Notes: generated by a model from the sequence alone, not told the origin. A DNA stretch of 64,000 bases from Eledone cirrhosa (GCA_964016885.1 OZ024746.1:66526001-66590000), one strand, 5' to 3'; counted from the stretch's first letter, positions 42,536-56,852 are shown. A program made the numbers and translations.

Positions 42536-42690
42536 AATAATAATTGTTTCTACATTTGGCACAAGGCCAGCAATTATCACAGTGCATTACTGGTACTTTA
42601 TTTTATCGACCCCGTAAGGATGAAAGTTAACCTCGGTGGGATTTGAACTCAGATCATAAAGGGCCGTAACTCAATGCTGCAAACTATGGC
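42536..42690 (-). mobile_element. tRNA-derived SINE (same family as 19098-19490)
   Basis: Reverse-complement B-box ggatttgaactc, core and tail. Confidence 0.85.
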
Positions 42691-43267
42691 AATAATACAA
42701 GGACGAATGATTACGCCTTCCTTACGTTTATTGATTGGGGACGCGGGTTTCGCTACTAATCAGCTCAAGGTTCGATATGTATCGATCTGGCCCGACTCTG
42801 GTATGAAAAGCTTGTCGGACCTCTGTGGTAGTAATGACAGAATGTATTATTATATTACACACACTGTATACTTCACCCCGATACTGACGTGAACCTAAAC
42901 ATCGAGTGCTCACCTGGGTGAACCTACAGTAACTTCGCGATACACTCCCTGTATATATATGTGTGAATTGGGAGTTTGTTTATAATTATGATATAAACAT
43001 ATGAATTTTTAAAAACTAGACATAAGATCATTACTTTTCACACATTATAGATACATGTCTCATTCATCAATACTGGTACTTACATTATAATGCCTGTTTT
43101 ATACGAACTAATATTTTCTACGGATAAAACATAGCGGTTTTAAATTCTGCATCGTTTATGTCTGGTTGTGTTTCATTTTCTCTTTTTCATTTTCTCTTTT
43201 TTCTCTCTATATAACGGCTATTTTCTCTCTTAACTACATACATCTCTCTTTACATTAATACTAGAGC

Positions 43268-43298
<31 letters not shown>

Positions 43299-43561
43299 AT
43301 GTATCAATCGATACTCAACTTCCTAATTTCTCTATCTATCTCTATCTATCTCTTTCTTTTTTCCTCTCTCTATATATATTCCTCTCTGTTTCTTTACATG
43401 AAGTTCTTCTCTTTATCTATCTTTCTATATCCCTCTATTTAGTCACATGCATTTCTTCTTTTTCTTCGTTTCTCTTTCTTTCTCTCTTTATCTCTTTCTT
43501 TTTACAACTGTCCACAATATTTTTTACTGCCAAATCAACCTACCAAATGCAAGGTGATTGA

Positions 43562-43797
43562 AAGGTATGTCGTATCTATTTATTTATAAGACTGTTTATA
43601 TTGTATTTTGTCTGAAGATGGCATAACATATTGTTAATATGATATCCCTGAAATATATATAACGAAATAAATATGGTTTTATAAATATAGTTTCCATTTA
43701 TTTAATATCATAAATATACTCCAAATACTTGTTGAGTGCTTTTATATCAGTTATAAATATTTACTCGTTGTTAACCCAACAATTTAAATATAACTTT

Positions 43798-43800
<3 letters not shown>
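43562..43800 (+). mobile_element. Family D single-arm copy ending in (TA)n
   Basis: Near-identical reverse complement of 40752-40990. Confidence 0.88.
43604..43669 (+). ncRNA. Minimal type I hammerhead motif
   Basis: UAUUUUGU-CUGAAGA-stem II-GAAA-UAUAUA-UA-ACGAAAUA; stem I pairs over 8 bp. Confidence 0.68.
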
Positions 43801-43858
<58 letters not shown>

Positions 43859-44174
43859 TAAGTAGAATTGAAGTCATTTTAACAGCATAAAGATTACTGA
43901 TATTTTACAATAGTTTCATTATCGACCAGCTCAGGGCACAATTATAATGACCGTGGCCCGACACTGCTTCGTCATCTCGTCAGATATGCGAGTTTATATG
44001 TGCGTATAACCATTCAAGCTGTTTGAGATGTAGAGGAAGCGTCGGACCAACAAAAATATATATGAACATTTAAGTAATGGGAAACATTATAAAAAAATAT
44101 GGGACCATATATGCCAGAGTGCAACAGTCAGCAAACGTCCATAAAGAACACATCAAAATTATAAATAAAAGAGA

Positions 44175-44885
44175 TATGACAGCATTCCTCCGGATCTAAT
44201 GTGGAATGCTGTGCTGGAATATGGGATCGATGGTCAGCTTCTTGCTGCCCTGGTGTCTCTATAGCAATGCCCAAATATTTGTGTTTGGGTAAATGGATCT
44301 AAATCGAAAACGTTCAATGCGGGAGTTGAAATCCACCAAGGGAGCGTACTCCGTTGGTGCAAAATCCAAGATCACTATCTTTATATGGGTATTCGTGGCA
44401 ACCCTTACGTATAATTGGGCGAAATGGGGTTCCTCCTAAGGATATTTGGAGTAAGGTTACTGTATAGTGTGCGTAGCTTGGAAATCAGTTCGTCATTCAA
44501 GGTAGAGCCACTATTGAGAGGTCACAGTTTCGATACTATGGGCCTGTGGTTAGGAAAAACCTCTGGACAGGTTTTTACGTGCAAAACCAACCGGCAAGAA
44601 ACCGAGGGATAGACCCCGAGCAAGATAGTTGGATAACATCCATGAGCTTCGCTGGTCATGCTCGGGGATCCAGCCGGTTGATTTGAAGACTGTTGCTTCT
44701 GACAGAACTCGCTGGAAGGAGTTTTTGAGGACTCTGTCTTCATGACCCACTCAAGAAGAAGAAAAAGAAGAAGAAGAAGAAGAAGAAGAAGAAGAAGAAG
44801 AAGAAGAAGAAGAAGAAGAAGAAGAAGAAGAAGAAGAAGAAGAAGAAGAAGAAGAAGAAGAAGAAGAAGAAGAAGAAGAAGAAGA
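44175..44885 (+). mobile_element. Decayed, internally deleted RTE-clade LINE with (AAG)n tail
   Basis: YDSIP.DLMWNAVLEYGIDGQLL..CVWVNGSKSKTF..HQGSVL remnants; 3' end atgacccactc followed by (AAG)n at 44753-44885. Confidence 0.72.
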
Positions 44886-44979
44886 ATTGTAATTGGGTCA
44901 GATTACCCTGTATCATGACCTCATTAATCATCTCATACTTTTGACTCATTTCATTCATCTCTAGGGTACTGATTATTAT

Positions 44980-47900
44980 CTATGCCCCGACAGGAACAGG
45001 GCGGCCTGATTTCTTCCGGAGTCTAGAGTGTCTTTAGTGTTAGTGGGCGACTGGAACGGGATCTTAGATGCACGCTGGGACTGTGTGGGATTAGTGGATA
45101 GGGGAGGAGGGTGTAAAAGCCTCGCAAATCTGCTCAGACGGTTTCAACTGTCTGACAGGTAACGTGTGGATTTCCCGAATGTGCCAATGTTGACATGGAC
45201 AAACCGCATAGGGTCATCCAGGTCATATCTAGTTAGGGTATTTTGTAGGGAAATAGATAGGTCTAGCATAGGTTGTCCACAATTCAAAATAGTCGACTAC
45301 ACCGACTACAAATTCGTGATCTGTGAGTTTCACTTAGATAGGCTTCATAGACAGGGACCCGGCTACTGGAAGCTAAACACGTCATTAACAGCGCGCAAGG
45401 CCTACAGAGACCGGATTAGCAAATTAGTTAAGCGGGCGTTGACGGGGGCCATTGTCAACAACAAATGGTGGTTTGGTCTGAAAAGAGCAATTATAATAGA
45501 GTCCATTAGGTTAGGTAAGGTGTTAGCAACAGAGAAATATAAAGCAGAGGGGCAACTAGTTAGAAAATTAGACGAGGCGCTTAGTAAAGCATCGCAACAG
45601 ACGTGCTCGCGGCGAAATTGGCCCTCGACCAATTCTTCAATGCAAAGCACGAAGGCTGCGTTGTCAGAGCTAGGGTGCGTGCTCTCAGGCACGAGGGGAA
45701 GAAAACCGTACAATGGGCCCGAGTTACGGAGGCGCGTCGTGGCAACAAAGCCATGATCCGGTCTTTGATGGACCACGAAGGGCGCATGCTACTCGATGTC
45801 TGGAAAATGTTTGAAGCTTTTCAGCGACACTTCGCCCAGCTGTTCGGGGGCAGCGGCGGGCCAGATGGCGGGATGGCTTTAGTGCCTATCTAGACGGACT
45901 GTCGCGGCTCTCGGCCACTGAGGCGGAGTGTTGCTAAAAGCCGATAACAGTCGCTGAAGTACGGGAGGCAATGATTGGCTTCACAGGGGGTAAATTATCT
46001 GGTTTGGATGGTCTGCCCTACGAACTTTACGTACACATGCCAGACTTGTTCGGAGACCTCTTGGCGGACGTTTACTGTAACTTGCGACAGAACGGGAGAA
46101 TTCTCAGCTATGTGAGCCGAGCAGCGGTGGCGCTGCTGAGAAAGGATCCGAACAAGAGGGATAGCATAGAAAATTTCAAGCCTATAACTCTGTCAAACGC
46201 AGAGTTCGAGATTTTGGCCAAGGCGATAGCAAAGAGGTTGGCGCTTGTCGTTGGTGGTCTGGTAGGAGAGGCGCAGACATGCGCCATTCCCGACAGATCC
46301 ATCCACAACTACCTCCACCTCATGCGAAACATCGTGGAGAGGGTAGCTTGGGAACCGGGCACGGGTGGGTCCTTAATCAATTTAGAGCAGTCGAAAGCTT
46401 CGATAGGTCGACCCTCGTTATCTGGCGGCAGACCTGACGGCGGCTGGTTTCGTGCCCGTCTTCAGAGGCTGGGTCGCTGCCATCCACAGCGACATTTTCT
46501 CTGTGGTGAGAGTGAACGGTCATCTTTCGGAACCGTTCAACATCATGCGCTCGGTCCTCCAAGGATGTCCCCTCTCGTCCCTCTTGTACCTATTGACTCT
46601 CGAGCCATTACTGCACAAACTGGAGACGTTGAGGGGCGTCCCGCGCGAACTAGGATGCAGAAGAACCGTGTCAGCATATGCGGACGATGTCACCGTAGTG
46701 GTGTCGAACGCCAAACACATCGAGGCGATCGGCACTACACTAAGAGAATACGAAGCGGTGACAGGAGCAATGATCAACCAGTTAAAGTATGTGGGCCTGC
46801 AGCTCAGCACATGGAGAGGCAGGTCCATGTCGTCCAACAGCGTCGTCGGACGCTGGACGGGACGGACCGGTTAAATTGCTAGAGGTCTGGTTCGGTCCGG
46901 ACCTCCAGACGAACACAAACTGGGACGAGGTGACGAGCAGGGTGGCTTCTCTCACCCAGAAATGGGCGGAGAGTAAGCTATCCCTGAAAGGTCGAGCGGA
47001 GGTGGCTAACGCGTACATCGCGTCCGTCATCTGCTACCGCCTTACCGTCTTACCTTGTCCTAAGCCCCGCCTGACTGCGCTGGAGCGTTTACTCTTTCGC
47101 TTTTTGTGGAAGTGACGCGCTCCGATGGTAAGGCGGTCCATCTGCTGTCAACACCTGCATAAACTGGAGACGTTGGGGGATGTCCCGCGCGAACTGGGAT
47201 GCGGAAGGTCCGTGTCAGCATATGCGGACGATGTCACCGTAGTGGTGTCGAACGCGAAACACATCGAGGTGATCGGCACTACACTAAGAGAATACGAAGC
47301 GGTGACAGGAGCAATGATCAACCAGGAAAAGTCAGTGGGCCTGCAGCTCGGCACCTGGAGGGGCAGGTCCAAGCCTTCCAACAGCATCGTCGGGTGCTGG
47401 ACGGACGAACCGGTTAAATTGTTAGGGGTCTGGTTCGGTCCAGACCTCCAGACGGACAAAAACTGGGACGAGGTGGAAGGGACGCTCTCCGATGGTCAGG
47501 TGGTCCATTTGCTGTCAACACCCGTCGCGTGGAGGGCTGGCCATGCCGTGGCTGATGATGCGAAGATACGCGCTTAGGCTACGACATCTCCACCTCTTCC
47601 TCGACGGTGATCAGGTGTGGTCGCCGTTTGCTAGACGCGTGTTTCTCCAGCTCGTCTCCTTGATGGAGCTGCAGTCCTGGGTCATAAGAAGACCGAGAGG
47701 GAGCACTTGGAGACTGGAATGTCTTCAGGCGCTCACAGCCCTCGACCAGTCGGGCAATGTGATCGGTGGAAACTCCACCTTGGCGTTCTATAGAGGATTT
47801 GTGGCAGGGAAGAGTGACAACGTACTTGGGGAAACTCTAGGCGTCGACGAAAATCAACTAGTCAATCTGTTCGGGAGAACTTTCGGGCCGGGGCCTATGA

Positions 47901-48214
47901 ACACTTCCAGAAATCCCTGGCCTGGCAGTGCTACCGAGGAGCTTTGCCAGTTCGGGATAAACTCTACAGGCATGGAAGTGCCGTCAGCGTATGTCTGAGA
48001 TGTGCGCAGGGCGACGAAACCCTCCTGCACGCATTGGTCCAGTGTCCGAGCATTGCTGACTTGTAGGATTATGTCGAACACCTGTTGTCGCGTGTAGGAC
48101 GGATCCAGCTATCAGCAGAGTCCAACGTGAGGATCCCCCCCTCTTCCTTTAACCGGGAAGGGCAGGCAGTTTTTATCTGTCTGGTGGCCATGGAGAAACA
48201 GATAGTATGGTGGT
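44980..48214 (+). mobile_element. Second, decayed copy of the Tx1-like element (ORF2 only, truncated at both ends, internal duplication)
   Basis: High nucleotide similarity to the reverse complement of about 620-3472; multiple frameshifts and stops. Confidence 0.92.
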
Positions 48215-48281
48215 GATGATGGTAGGTGTAGTAGTAGTAGTATTATTATTATTATTATTATTAGTAGTACTAGTAGTAGTT

Positions 48282-48346
<65 letters not shown>
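48215..48346. repeat. (TAG)n/(ATT)n microsatellite
   Basis: Read directly from the sequence. Confidence 0.95.
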
Positions 48347-49024
48347 TATTCGTGTTGTTTATTGCTGATTATGTAACATATTTCCATACACATTTCATGT
48401 TTCAACCCACTCCTGTCATCGCACAAATTAGGGCGTGCATCTAAGAAACTGAAACAAAAAATATAGGTTAAGGGCGTGTTAATTAATTAAAAGCAAATCG
48501 TATATTTTATCAAATCATTTCAATCATAAAACTAGATTATGTATTTCTATATTTATTATACATGCTTGCTAAGAGTTTTCCTAATTAATTATCACACTAT
48601 AAAAAGATTGTTCTGTGTGGATAACGTTCACAGAGTTCGTTAATTAGTAAAATTTTCAATTAGAAATTTTATGAATAAATATTTATTTTTATTTCAATTA
48701 TAATTCAACGATCTTGTTATCTTAGATTTTATGGAAACTATTATTTTATTAAATATATTTCCTAGTAATGATTATAGAAATGAGATCAAGAAAATCGAGA
48801 AAGTATTAGGTACAAATGGGATTATATCCTGTGAATTGTTAATATTCCCTTACAAATAAAGTAACTATTAAAATGTATATTTCCATGTTGATCTATGTTC
48901 AATTGTAACAAGGAAATTATAACTCTAACTGCGTGTTATTCATACATCTCTCCCTCTCCCTCTCCATCTCTCGCACTCTATCTATCTATCCCTCTATCTC
49001 TCTATCTCTCTATCTCTCTATCTT

Positions 49025-49135
<111 letters not shown>

Positions 49136-50849
49136 GTAGTAATAACAAATGTATAGACTAAAATCCGAAGAGGTCTCGATAAGGGTAAGTTTCAGAAGTT
49201 AACGGTAAAAGCAGCGATTCTTTGCTTAAACTTTAATCTATTTTAATAAATGTATATATATATATATATATGCGTGTGTGTGTGTGTGTGGGCGCGTAAG
49301 TTGAGGTTGCGTCTGCGTAGGTGTGTGGGTGTGTGTGTTGGCACTATCGTGACAGGGTGGTGCATAGCTAAAGACTGCCAACATTTGATTTGGGTCAGGA
49401 GGGTATTTTTAATTGGTACCAATAACATATCCTTCTTTACTTAAATCTAATATAACACTATCTTCCGTATCTATTTTCATGGAAATATTTCGAAATGTTG
49501 CTATGAAATAGATGGATTAAGACACATTATAATATTGTAATATTGTTTTAACGACATGCCCACCTATTATTCCAATGCAGAGTATACAGGTTCCTGGCAT
49601 GAATTCAAAATACTGTGATAGAATGCAGAAAATACACTTTAGCATGGACTCTAAGAGTTAAACACTTTTTCGTAATATATGCGTAGCAGCATACAATAAT
49701 AATCGAAGAGAAGTTTACAAATAACGTGATTGTCAGATAAATTGAAACACATATTTCTTGGAAACTTTGAGAAACGTAACTCTAAACCGAGTCTAAACAT
49801 AAGCATGGTATTACTAATCCCAAGGAAATATTTCTATGGTGACAATATCAAAGTGATAAAAAGTGACCTTGTCAGATAGGTATGATGTAACTCTTGTGCA
49901 ATGAGAGAAAAATGAGCCGGATTAAATAAGCCAGCATACCATAAATCAGTTAATGGAGAAATAGTTTACTGTCATGAAATTGTATTCGGAGACTGGATAT
50001 AGAAATAAACATGAAAGAATTCTGATGAGAACAAAGAGGGATATTTATGAGACTGCAGGGTATTTTCCATTAGGCCGCATAAGTTTGTCGGTAAAATAAA
50101 TGTGTATTGTTAATACATGTGTTTCACTCCTAAAGTTGGCTTTAAATAAATATGAAAACGAAATAGAAAAACAAAATTCAGTAATGGGAAAAAAGGGAAG
50201 GCGTAAACAAGGACAGATATGGTTGTATGGGAAAGTAGAGGAAAAGACAATAAATACAACAAATGAGAGGGAAATGCAAAGGGAAATGGGTCACAGAGGA
50301 AGGGAGATGGGGAGAGGGTGATGGTCTCTGGGCCTAGGACACAGTGGTATTGGGACTGCGCCCCACGGACAAGCTGGCAAAGACATTTCCACGGTCAATG
50401 ACCAGGGGCGTCCACTGAAATAACCACCACACAACGCGGGGCTCCTCCCTCAGACTGGCTGCTGACGTTTCAATTTTGTGGAGGGGTTCAGCAGTACGAG
50501 GCTGAGCTTCCTCGGCGCCCGGTGCAAAGAGGAAACGGCCGGACAAGCCCCGATATTTGTTTTGTCTTCCTATCATCTGCATTGCGATCCACCGTACCGG
50601 GGTTTACCGAAGCGACTAAGCCGGAAGTGGAGAACGCGTCATAACGTGTGGCGTCAAAGTTGAGGGATTTACATCCTTCGATTGTTACCTTTACCGCGGG
50701 CGAGGCCTGCTGGCTCCAGTTCTGATGGGAAGCCAGTTGCCTTAATGTATCCTTTCCCTTTCACAGGAGTAGTTCAACATTAGCTATTCGCACCCATTAT
50801 GTCTCATGCAGGATGCTGCATCTAACCAACTGTGTTAATTCATATAATT

Positions 50850-51472
50850 GTAAAAGACAAACTCACTATCTTCATTTCGGTATTCGTCCCACCTCACATT
50901 TATGGTCATGAATCTTTGGTAATGACCGAAAGAATGCGATCGCTAATATAAGCGGTCGAAAGGGGATTCCTACGAAGGGTATTTGAAGAAACGTTACTCG
51001 ATAGAATGCCTAGCTAGATGAAAGGTTCCCTTTAGGTAGAGCCGCTACTTCTACGAATTGAGAGATCACAGCATCTCTAATATAGGCATGTGCTTATAAT
51101 GTGTCAGGAAAGAATCGTTCGACAGATTTTACGTGCAAAATCAACCGACAGGAGACCCAGGAGCAGACCCCTAGGAAGATGGTTGGATAACATCAAAGAA
51201 CTTTGGTGGTCTCGCTTGGGGATTCATCCAGTTCCGGTGGAGATGACTTCTGACAGGACCAGCCAAAAAAGGAGTGTTTGATGACCCCTCTCCTCCACGA
51301 CCCTTTCAAGAAGAAGAAGAAGAAGAAGAAGAAGAAGAAGAAGAAGAAGAAGAAGAAGAAGAAGAAGAAGAAGAAGAAGAAGAAGAAGAAGAAGAAGAAG
51401 AAAAAGAAGAAGAAGAAGAAGAAGAAGAAGAAGAAGAAGAAGAAGAAGAAGAAGAAGAAGAAGAAGAAGAAG
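50850..51472 (+). mobile_element. Decayed RTE-clade LINE 3' end with (AAG)n tail (the GC-rich 50320-50770 block may belong to it)
   Basis: PHLT..GHESLVMTERMRSLI, QERIVRQILRAK..RRPRSRP..RWLDNI; homologous to 44360-44752; (AAG)n at 51308-51472. Confidence 0.72.
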
Positions 51473-52554
51473 AGTTTTCTAGCATTTTTCATTCGATAAT
51501 CTAAGTCATATAAACAAGTATAACAATACATCGTTCGTTTAATTTCTTCTTCTCAAGTTTTATGTAAAATTTATGTTTACTCTAGGTTGTGTTTCATAAA
51601 GAAATCCGTTACGATAATAATTGCTTTGACGCTGCAAGAGTTGTCTAGTTGACGTATGCCTTCAGTTTTATTGACTGTAGTTTACGAGGTTAAGGGTTTT
51701 CATGTTTATGTAAAAAATATACATGCTTTTCACATAGTGTTGTATTTTAGATTTTATGTTAGATGGATGTGTGTTTGTGTCTATCAAAATTAGGAATTTA
51801 TTTTTGATTTTACATTCATTGAAATGTAGGTGAATCATTTGCTACTACGGTATAACTTTTTAATTTGTGGCTAGTGAGATTTGCTGCGTGTAAATAATGT
51901 TCTCTATGTATATATTGCCAGGTAAAGTATTGATATTTAATGTGCTGCCTTACTGAATAGAATTTTAACGTCCAACTTCCTGATGCTAACGTTTTATATA
52001 GTTTTCAGAAGACGTAAGAGTGAACATGGTTCTTTGCTAACATAAGAAATTTTCTTTGTTTTACTGGAGGAAAACAACAGACGTTACGTGCGAAGAACGT
52101 ATTTCAAAGTCAATGAACCATCTATATATCTTTTAAAATGTCTTTATAATATTATAGTTGCTGCTAAATCTTTAGTTTCACGTACACCGTTTGCAATCAA
52201 TTATGACGCAATATTTAATAATCAATAGCTTTAAATAGGTGACGTTGGAATCGGGTGATGAAATCCGTATAACATTTTATTTTACTTGTTAAAGGCTTCA
52301 ATGGAGTGTTTTAATATATTTCGTTATTCACAGGGTCAAGGATATGGTGTCTCGCATGAAGAACGATGTAAATTAGCCGTGAATTTAATCTGTACGCTAA
52401 GCGGGTTTCGCCTTTCCAATGCAGTGGTTTTAAACAAAGTTTAATGACAAACGCATTTAATTCCAGGTTCTTATGCCTCACTAATTAACATTACCCCAGC
52501 CGGAATATCAGACACGCTTTATGACTTCTGAATTTATTGCTAAGTATATTTATA

Positions 52555-52610
<56 letters not shown>

Positions 52611-52724
52611 CTAATTATACATGAATTTAGTATATTGTGAAAGAATGTAGAAAACATACTTTAGCTTGAACTCTAAGAGTGAACATCTTCTTCGGAATAT
52701 ATGCGTAGCAGCATATATATATAT

Positions 52725-52827
<103 letters not shown>

Positions 52828-53306
52828 GAGAGAGAGATAAACATAATTTTTTTAAATAATAATTAAACGAAGGACACAGAACTACATCTCCCCTGACACA
52901 AGCCCAACGGCGTCCAGTGGAGTAAGAGATGAGGGAATAACACCAATTTATAACAATTAAACTACAAATAAACATAGAATATTGGTGCCTCTTATAAAAC
53001 GAGAGTAATGAATGAGAAAGGAAAAAAGAAAGGAAGAAAAAAAGCAAGAATAAGAAAGTAAAATATTGTGTTCAAAATTGTGTAAGCCATTGCAATAAAT
53101 GTGGGGAGAAAAGATAACACGTTCGTGACATTAGTATTGTTCAACTTTAGAGAGACAAGACAACGAACGAAAACAATTTTATAAGAGAAAACCTTGAGAA
53201 ATTATTAACAAGAATATATATAAATGAAGGACACACATACTGGACTGCATTGTTCCAAACAAAGAAAAAAGAACACATACGGCAATATACCAAAGTCTTC
53301 ATAAAT

Positions 53307-53544
53307 GTATATATCTTACACAGTGATATTTTCTGTACAAAAGAAACATACAACCAGTTAGATTGAAAGATACACGCACTCGAATCGAACACACACACAC
53401 ATACGCATATATGCATCTATAAATTTCTCTCCAAACATATAAATACATATATGTATGTGTGTGTGCGTGTTCGATTCGACTGCGTGTATCTTTCAATCTG
53501 ACTGGTTGTATGTTTCTTTTGTACAGAAAATATCACTGTGTAAG

Positions 53545-53550
<6 letters not shown>
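53307..53550. repeat. Inverted repeat with about 97-bp arms next to (TA)n
   Basis: 53307-53404 vs 53453-53550 are reverse complements with few mismatches. Confidence 0.9.
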
Positions 53551-53617
<67 letters not shown>

Positions 53618-53794
53618 GAGAGAGAGAGAGAGAGAGAGATTCTTATATCGAAACATCACACGATTTTTTAGAATACACTTTATTGTAATAACATGTCTGC
53701 AAACGATTTCTATCTCGTTATTCTTCCATTTCGAGGCCATATATGAATGTTATAAATTTAGTACATCACATCAGCCATTGTCTATCTCAATAGA

Positions 53795-53854
<60 letters not shown>

Positions 53855-53947
53855 ATGTGTGTGTGTGTGTGTGTGTATATGTATATATATATACATACAC
53901 ATATATATATACATACATATATATATATGTGTGTGTGAGTATATATT

Positions 53948-54019
<72 letters not shown>

Positions 54020-54217
54020 CATTTTTGTTGTTGATATACAGAAAGTGGTTGTAGGCCTCTTTTACACTAATAATTAATATATTTTTCTTTATTAGATCAA
54101 TATAAATGTTGAACACCTTCCTCTCACAAACACGTGCATATGCACATACACTCACACCCATATCTCCCTCAATGTATATATATATTGTTATACTTTGGGA
54201 GGGTCATGCTGCCAATA

Positions 54218-54250
<33 letters not shown>

Positions 54251-54251
<1 letters not shown>

Positions 54252-54943
54252 TTTTTCAACCCATTGAAAGATCCAGAAAATGACTACTAGATACAGAATT
54301 GACTACATCAGCGCTGGGATGTTATTTCATTATCCACCGCGAAAGAATAAATAGCAGAGTGGACCCTGGCTGGATTTGAACATAAACCACAGATTCCTAA
54401 ATTGTACTTCCAAAATGTTAATGATTCTGCCAAATCAATCATTCACATAAACACATGAACGCAAACAAACACACACATACACACCCACACACAGAACTAT
54501 CTGTCTATTTCTCTAACATTCTGTCTATCAATCAATCAATCTATCTTACTTACTGTCTATCTATCTAGCTATCTAGCTCCCATTGTATCTATCTATAGCA
54601 ATTACACTGCCTCAATTCGCATTACCCTTCTATTTATTTTATATCTGTATGTCTATATAACTATGTACATATCTATGAATAAATCTATCTCCCTACATTC
54701 TTGTCACCTAAACTTTAGATTTAATAATTATCGAATATGTAAAGATATATTGCAGGAGCTATATATATATCATTAAAAGTTTGGAAGTACGCTCTAGGAA
54801 TCTGCGGTTTATGTTCAAATCCAGCCAGGGTCCACTTTTCTATTTATTCTTTCGTGGTGGATAATGAAATAACATCCTAGCGCTGATGTAGTCAATTCTG
54901 TATCTAGTACTCATTTCCTGGATCTTTCGATGGATTGAAAAAA
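54251..54943. repeat. Inverted duplication (about 170-bp arms) of an old tRNA-SINE-like sequence
   Basis: 54251-54423 vs 54771-54943; B-box-like GTTCAAATCC in each arm. Confidence 0.85.
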
Positions 54944-55349
54944 TGTCTGTCTGTGCTTGTGACTGAGTGGACACCTGTAATTCCGAGCGAATGCCTGGTG
55001 TAGATTATCAAGTCCTACACGATTTCGAAAAGCGTTTTCACATAATATGAAGACTTACTACAACTATAGATATCGCTCTAATATGTAAGATAAAGATAGC
55101 CATACATTAACTACATAACCCCTTCCATTGAATCTAAAACGTCTTCAAAAATATAAAAATGTCAGTTCTGTTTTGATAAATTTGTTTCATAAATTTGGTC
55201 ATAGTAAAGTACCTAGCAGGACTAAGAAGCCAAGTTTGTGATGCTCATGCCTAAGTATCAAGCGATAGCATTACACGAAATCGAGTTGCAGCCATCGTCT
55301 ATGTATGTATATATGTTTGTATGTATATATGTTTGTATGAGAGATGACC

Positions 55350-55700
55350 CCTTAGCCTTTGTCAAGGCAGAATTCTAGGAGAAGGAAAACTCTGATATAA
55401 CACCTGCAACCCTGATGGTATCCAATTATGTTGACTTGTTCTTCTTTTTGGTAAATATCATCTTGGTTAAGAGAGTGGGGCTGGCTATGTGCAGTGGCTT
55501 TGCTCACTATAAAAGCTTCACGGCACAGGCATTGCTTTATATCTGGAGATCTCTCTGCACTTGTCGTAACTTGGTACCATGGGCCCAGCACTATGTGTCA
55601 ATAATTTTCACAAGTGTAGTGTTTGTACCAGAGTTTTCAAATCGCTGGCTGGACTAAAAAGTCACACTCGTTCAGCGCATCGGTAGGGTTTCTCCTACAT
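55350..55700. mobile_element. Decayed LINE remnant, probably RTE-like
   Basis: ctaggagaaggaaaactctga resembles RTE 5'UTR motifs; flanked by an imperfect direct repeat cgaaa(t/a)cgagttgcagcca (about 55276 and 55724). Confidence 0.3.
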
Positions 55701-56483
55701 GGATATAAAGTAGTGGCCGTACTCGAAAACGAGTTGCAGCCAACATATATGTATGTATCTATTAATGTATGTAAGACATATCTATATATCTATGTACATA
55801 TCTATGTATACATGTAAGAATGCATAGGAGTATACGTATATATAGGACTGAACGTACATACATATATATTTTTTCACATGCGCATGGATATATATTTGTA
55901 AGTGTGTGTTAATACACTTATATGCATATAATATAACTTAACTAACAGCGACATGGTCTTACATAGCCGTATTTGTTGAATGGATTTGATAGCAGTGAAT
56001 GAAAAGAATAAGAGAAAAGTTTTATTCGCATTTCATCTGAAAGAAGACAGACAATAATTTAACAAAAGAATACTAAATATATGAAGAATAAAATAAAACG
56101 AAATTACCTCCGTCGTATATTCCAAGTATCAAAATACAAATGTAATTATCTTTATTCTAAGTCTGTCGCTTATATACATCTATACTCTGATTGCTTTAGC
56201 TCAGCTGAAAAAGAATGGAATTGCGGTCATTCTTCTTTTTTTTACTTAATGTGGCTGTTAAAGTCGCTACCAAGTAATACTGAATATATTGTCATTAACA
56301 GAAGTATATAATTTTCTAGAGATAATGGTTACATGTTTATTTAACCTAAGTAATCATATTCAGCATGCATTTGTATCTACACTCCAATTGAAAATGTATG
56401 TCGAGAGAATACAGACGCAAGCTTAGGCCGGCCATCATACTTTCAATACCACAGATAGATGCCCTGAAACACACACACAGACG

Positions 56484-56517
<34 letters not shown>

Positions 56518-56529
56518 CGTGCGCGTGTG

Positions 56530-56602
<73 letters not shown>

Positions 56603-56852
56603 GCACACACACACGCACACACAGATATATATATACATATGTATATATATATATATTATATATATATAAAGAATGAATAATAACAGGTAGACATCATATA
56701 AAGGTCATTTATTCCGAGAGCTTACAAATGTTTCAACAGTAGTTATACAGCCTAGTCATTATATGTGCAACTCTATCTGGTATAGTAATTAACCATTACT
56801 GCATTCAAGATAATCCTAACCATTTCTTGCATAACCCAATAATATATATATA

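Noticed and set aside
43955-43992. Minus-strand CTGACGA-GATGAC-GAAG..GTC
   Set aside because: No stem II or stem I; likely chance.
49648-52715. Shared motif actctaagagt..atatatgcgtagcagcata at about 49650 and 52670
   Set aside because: Short diverged dispersed repeat with nothing to assign a class.
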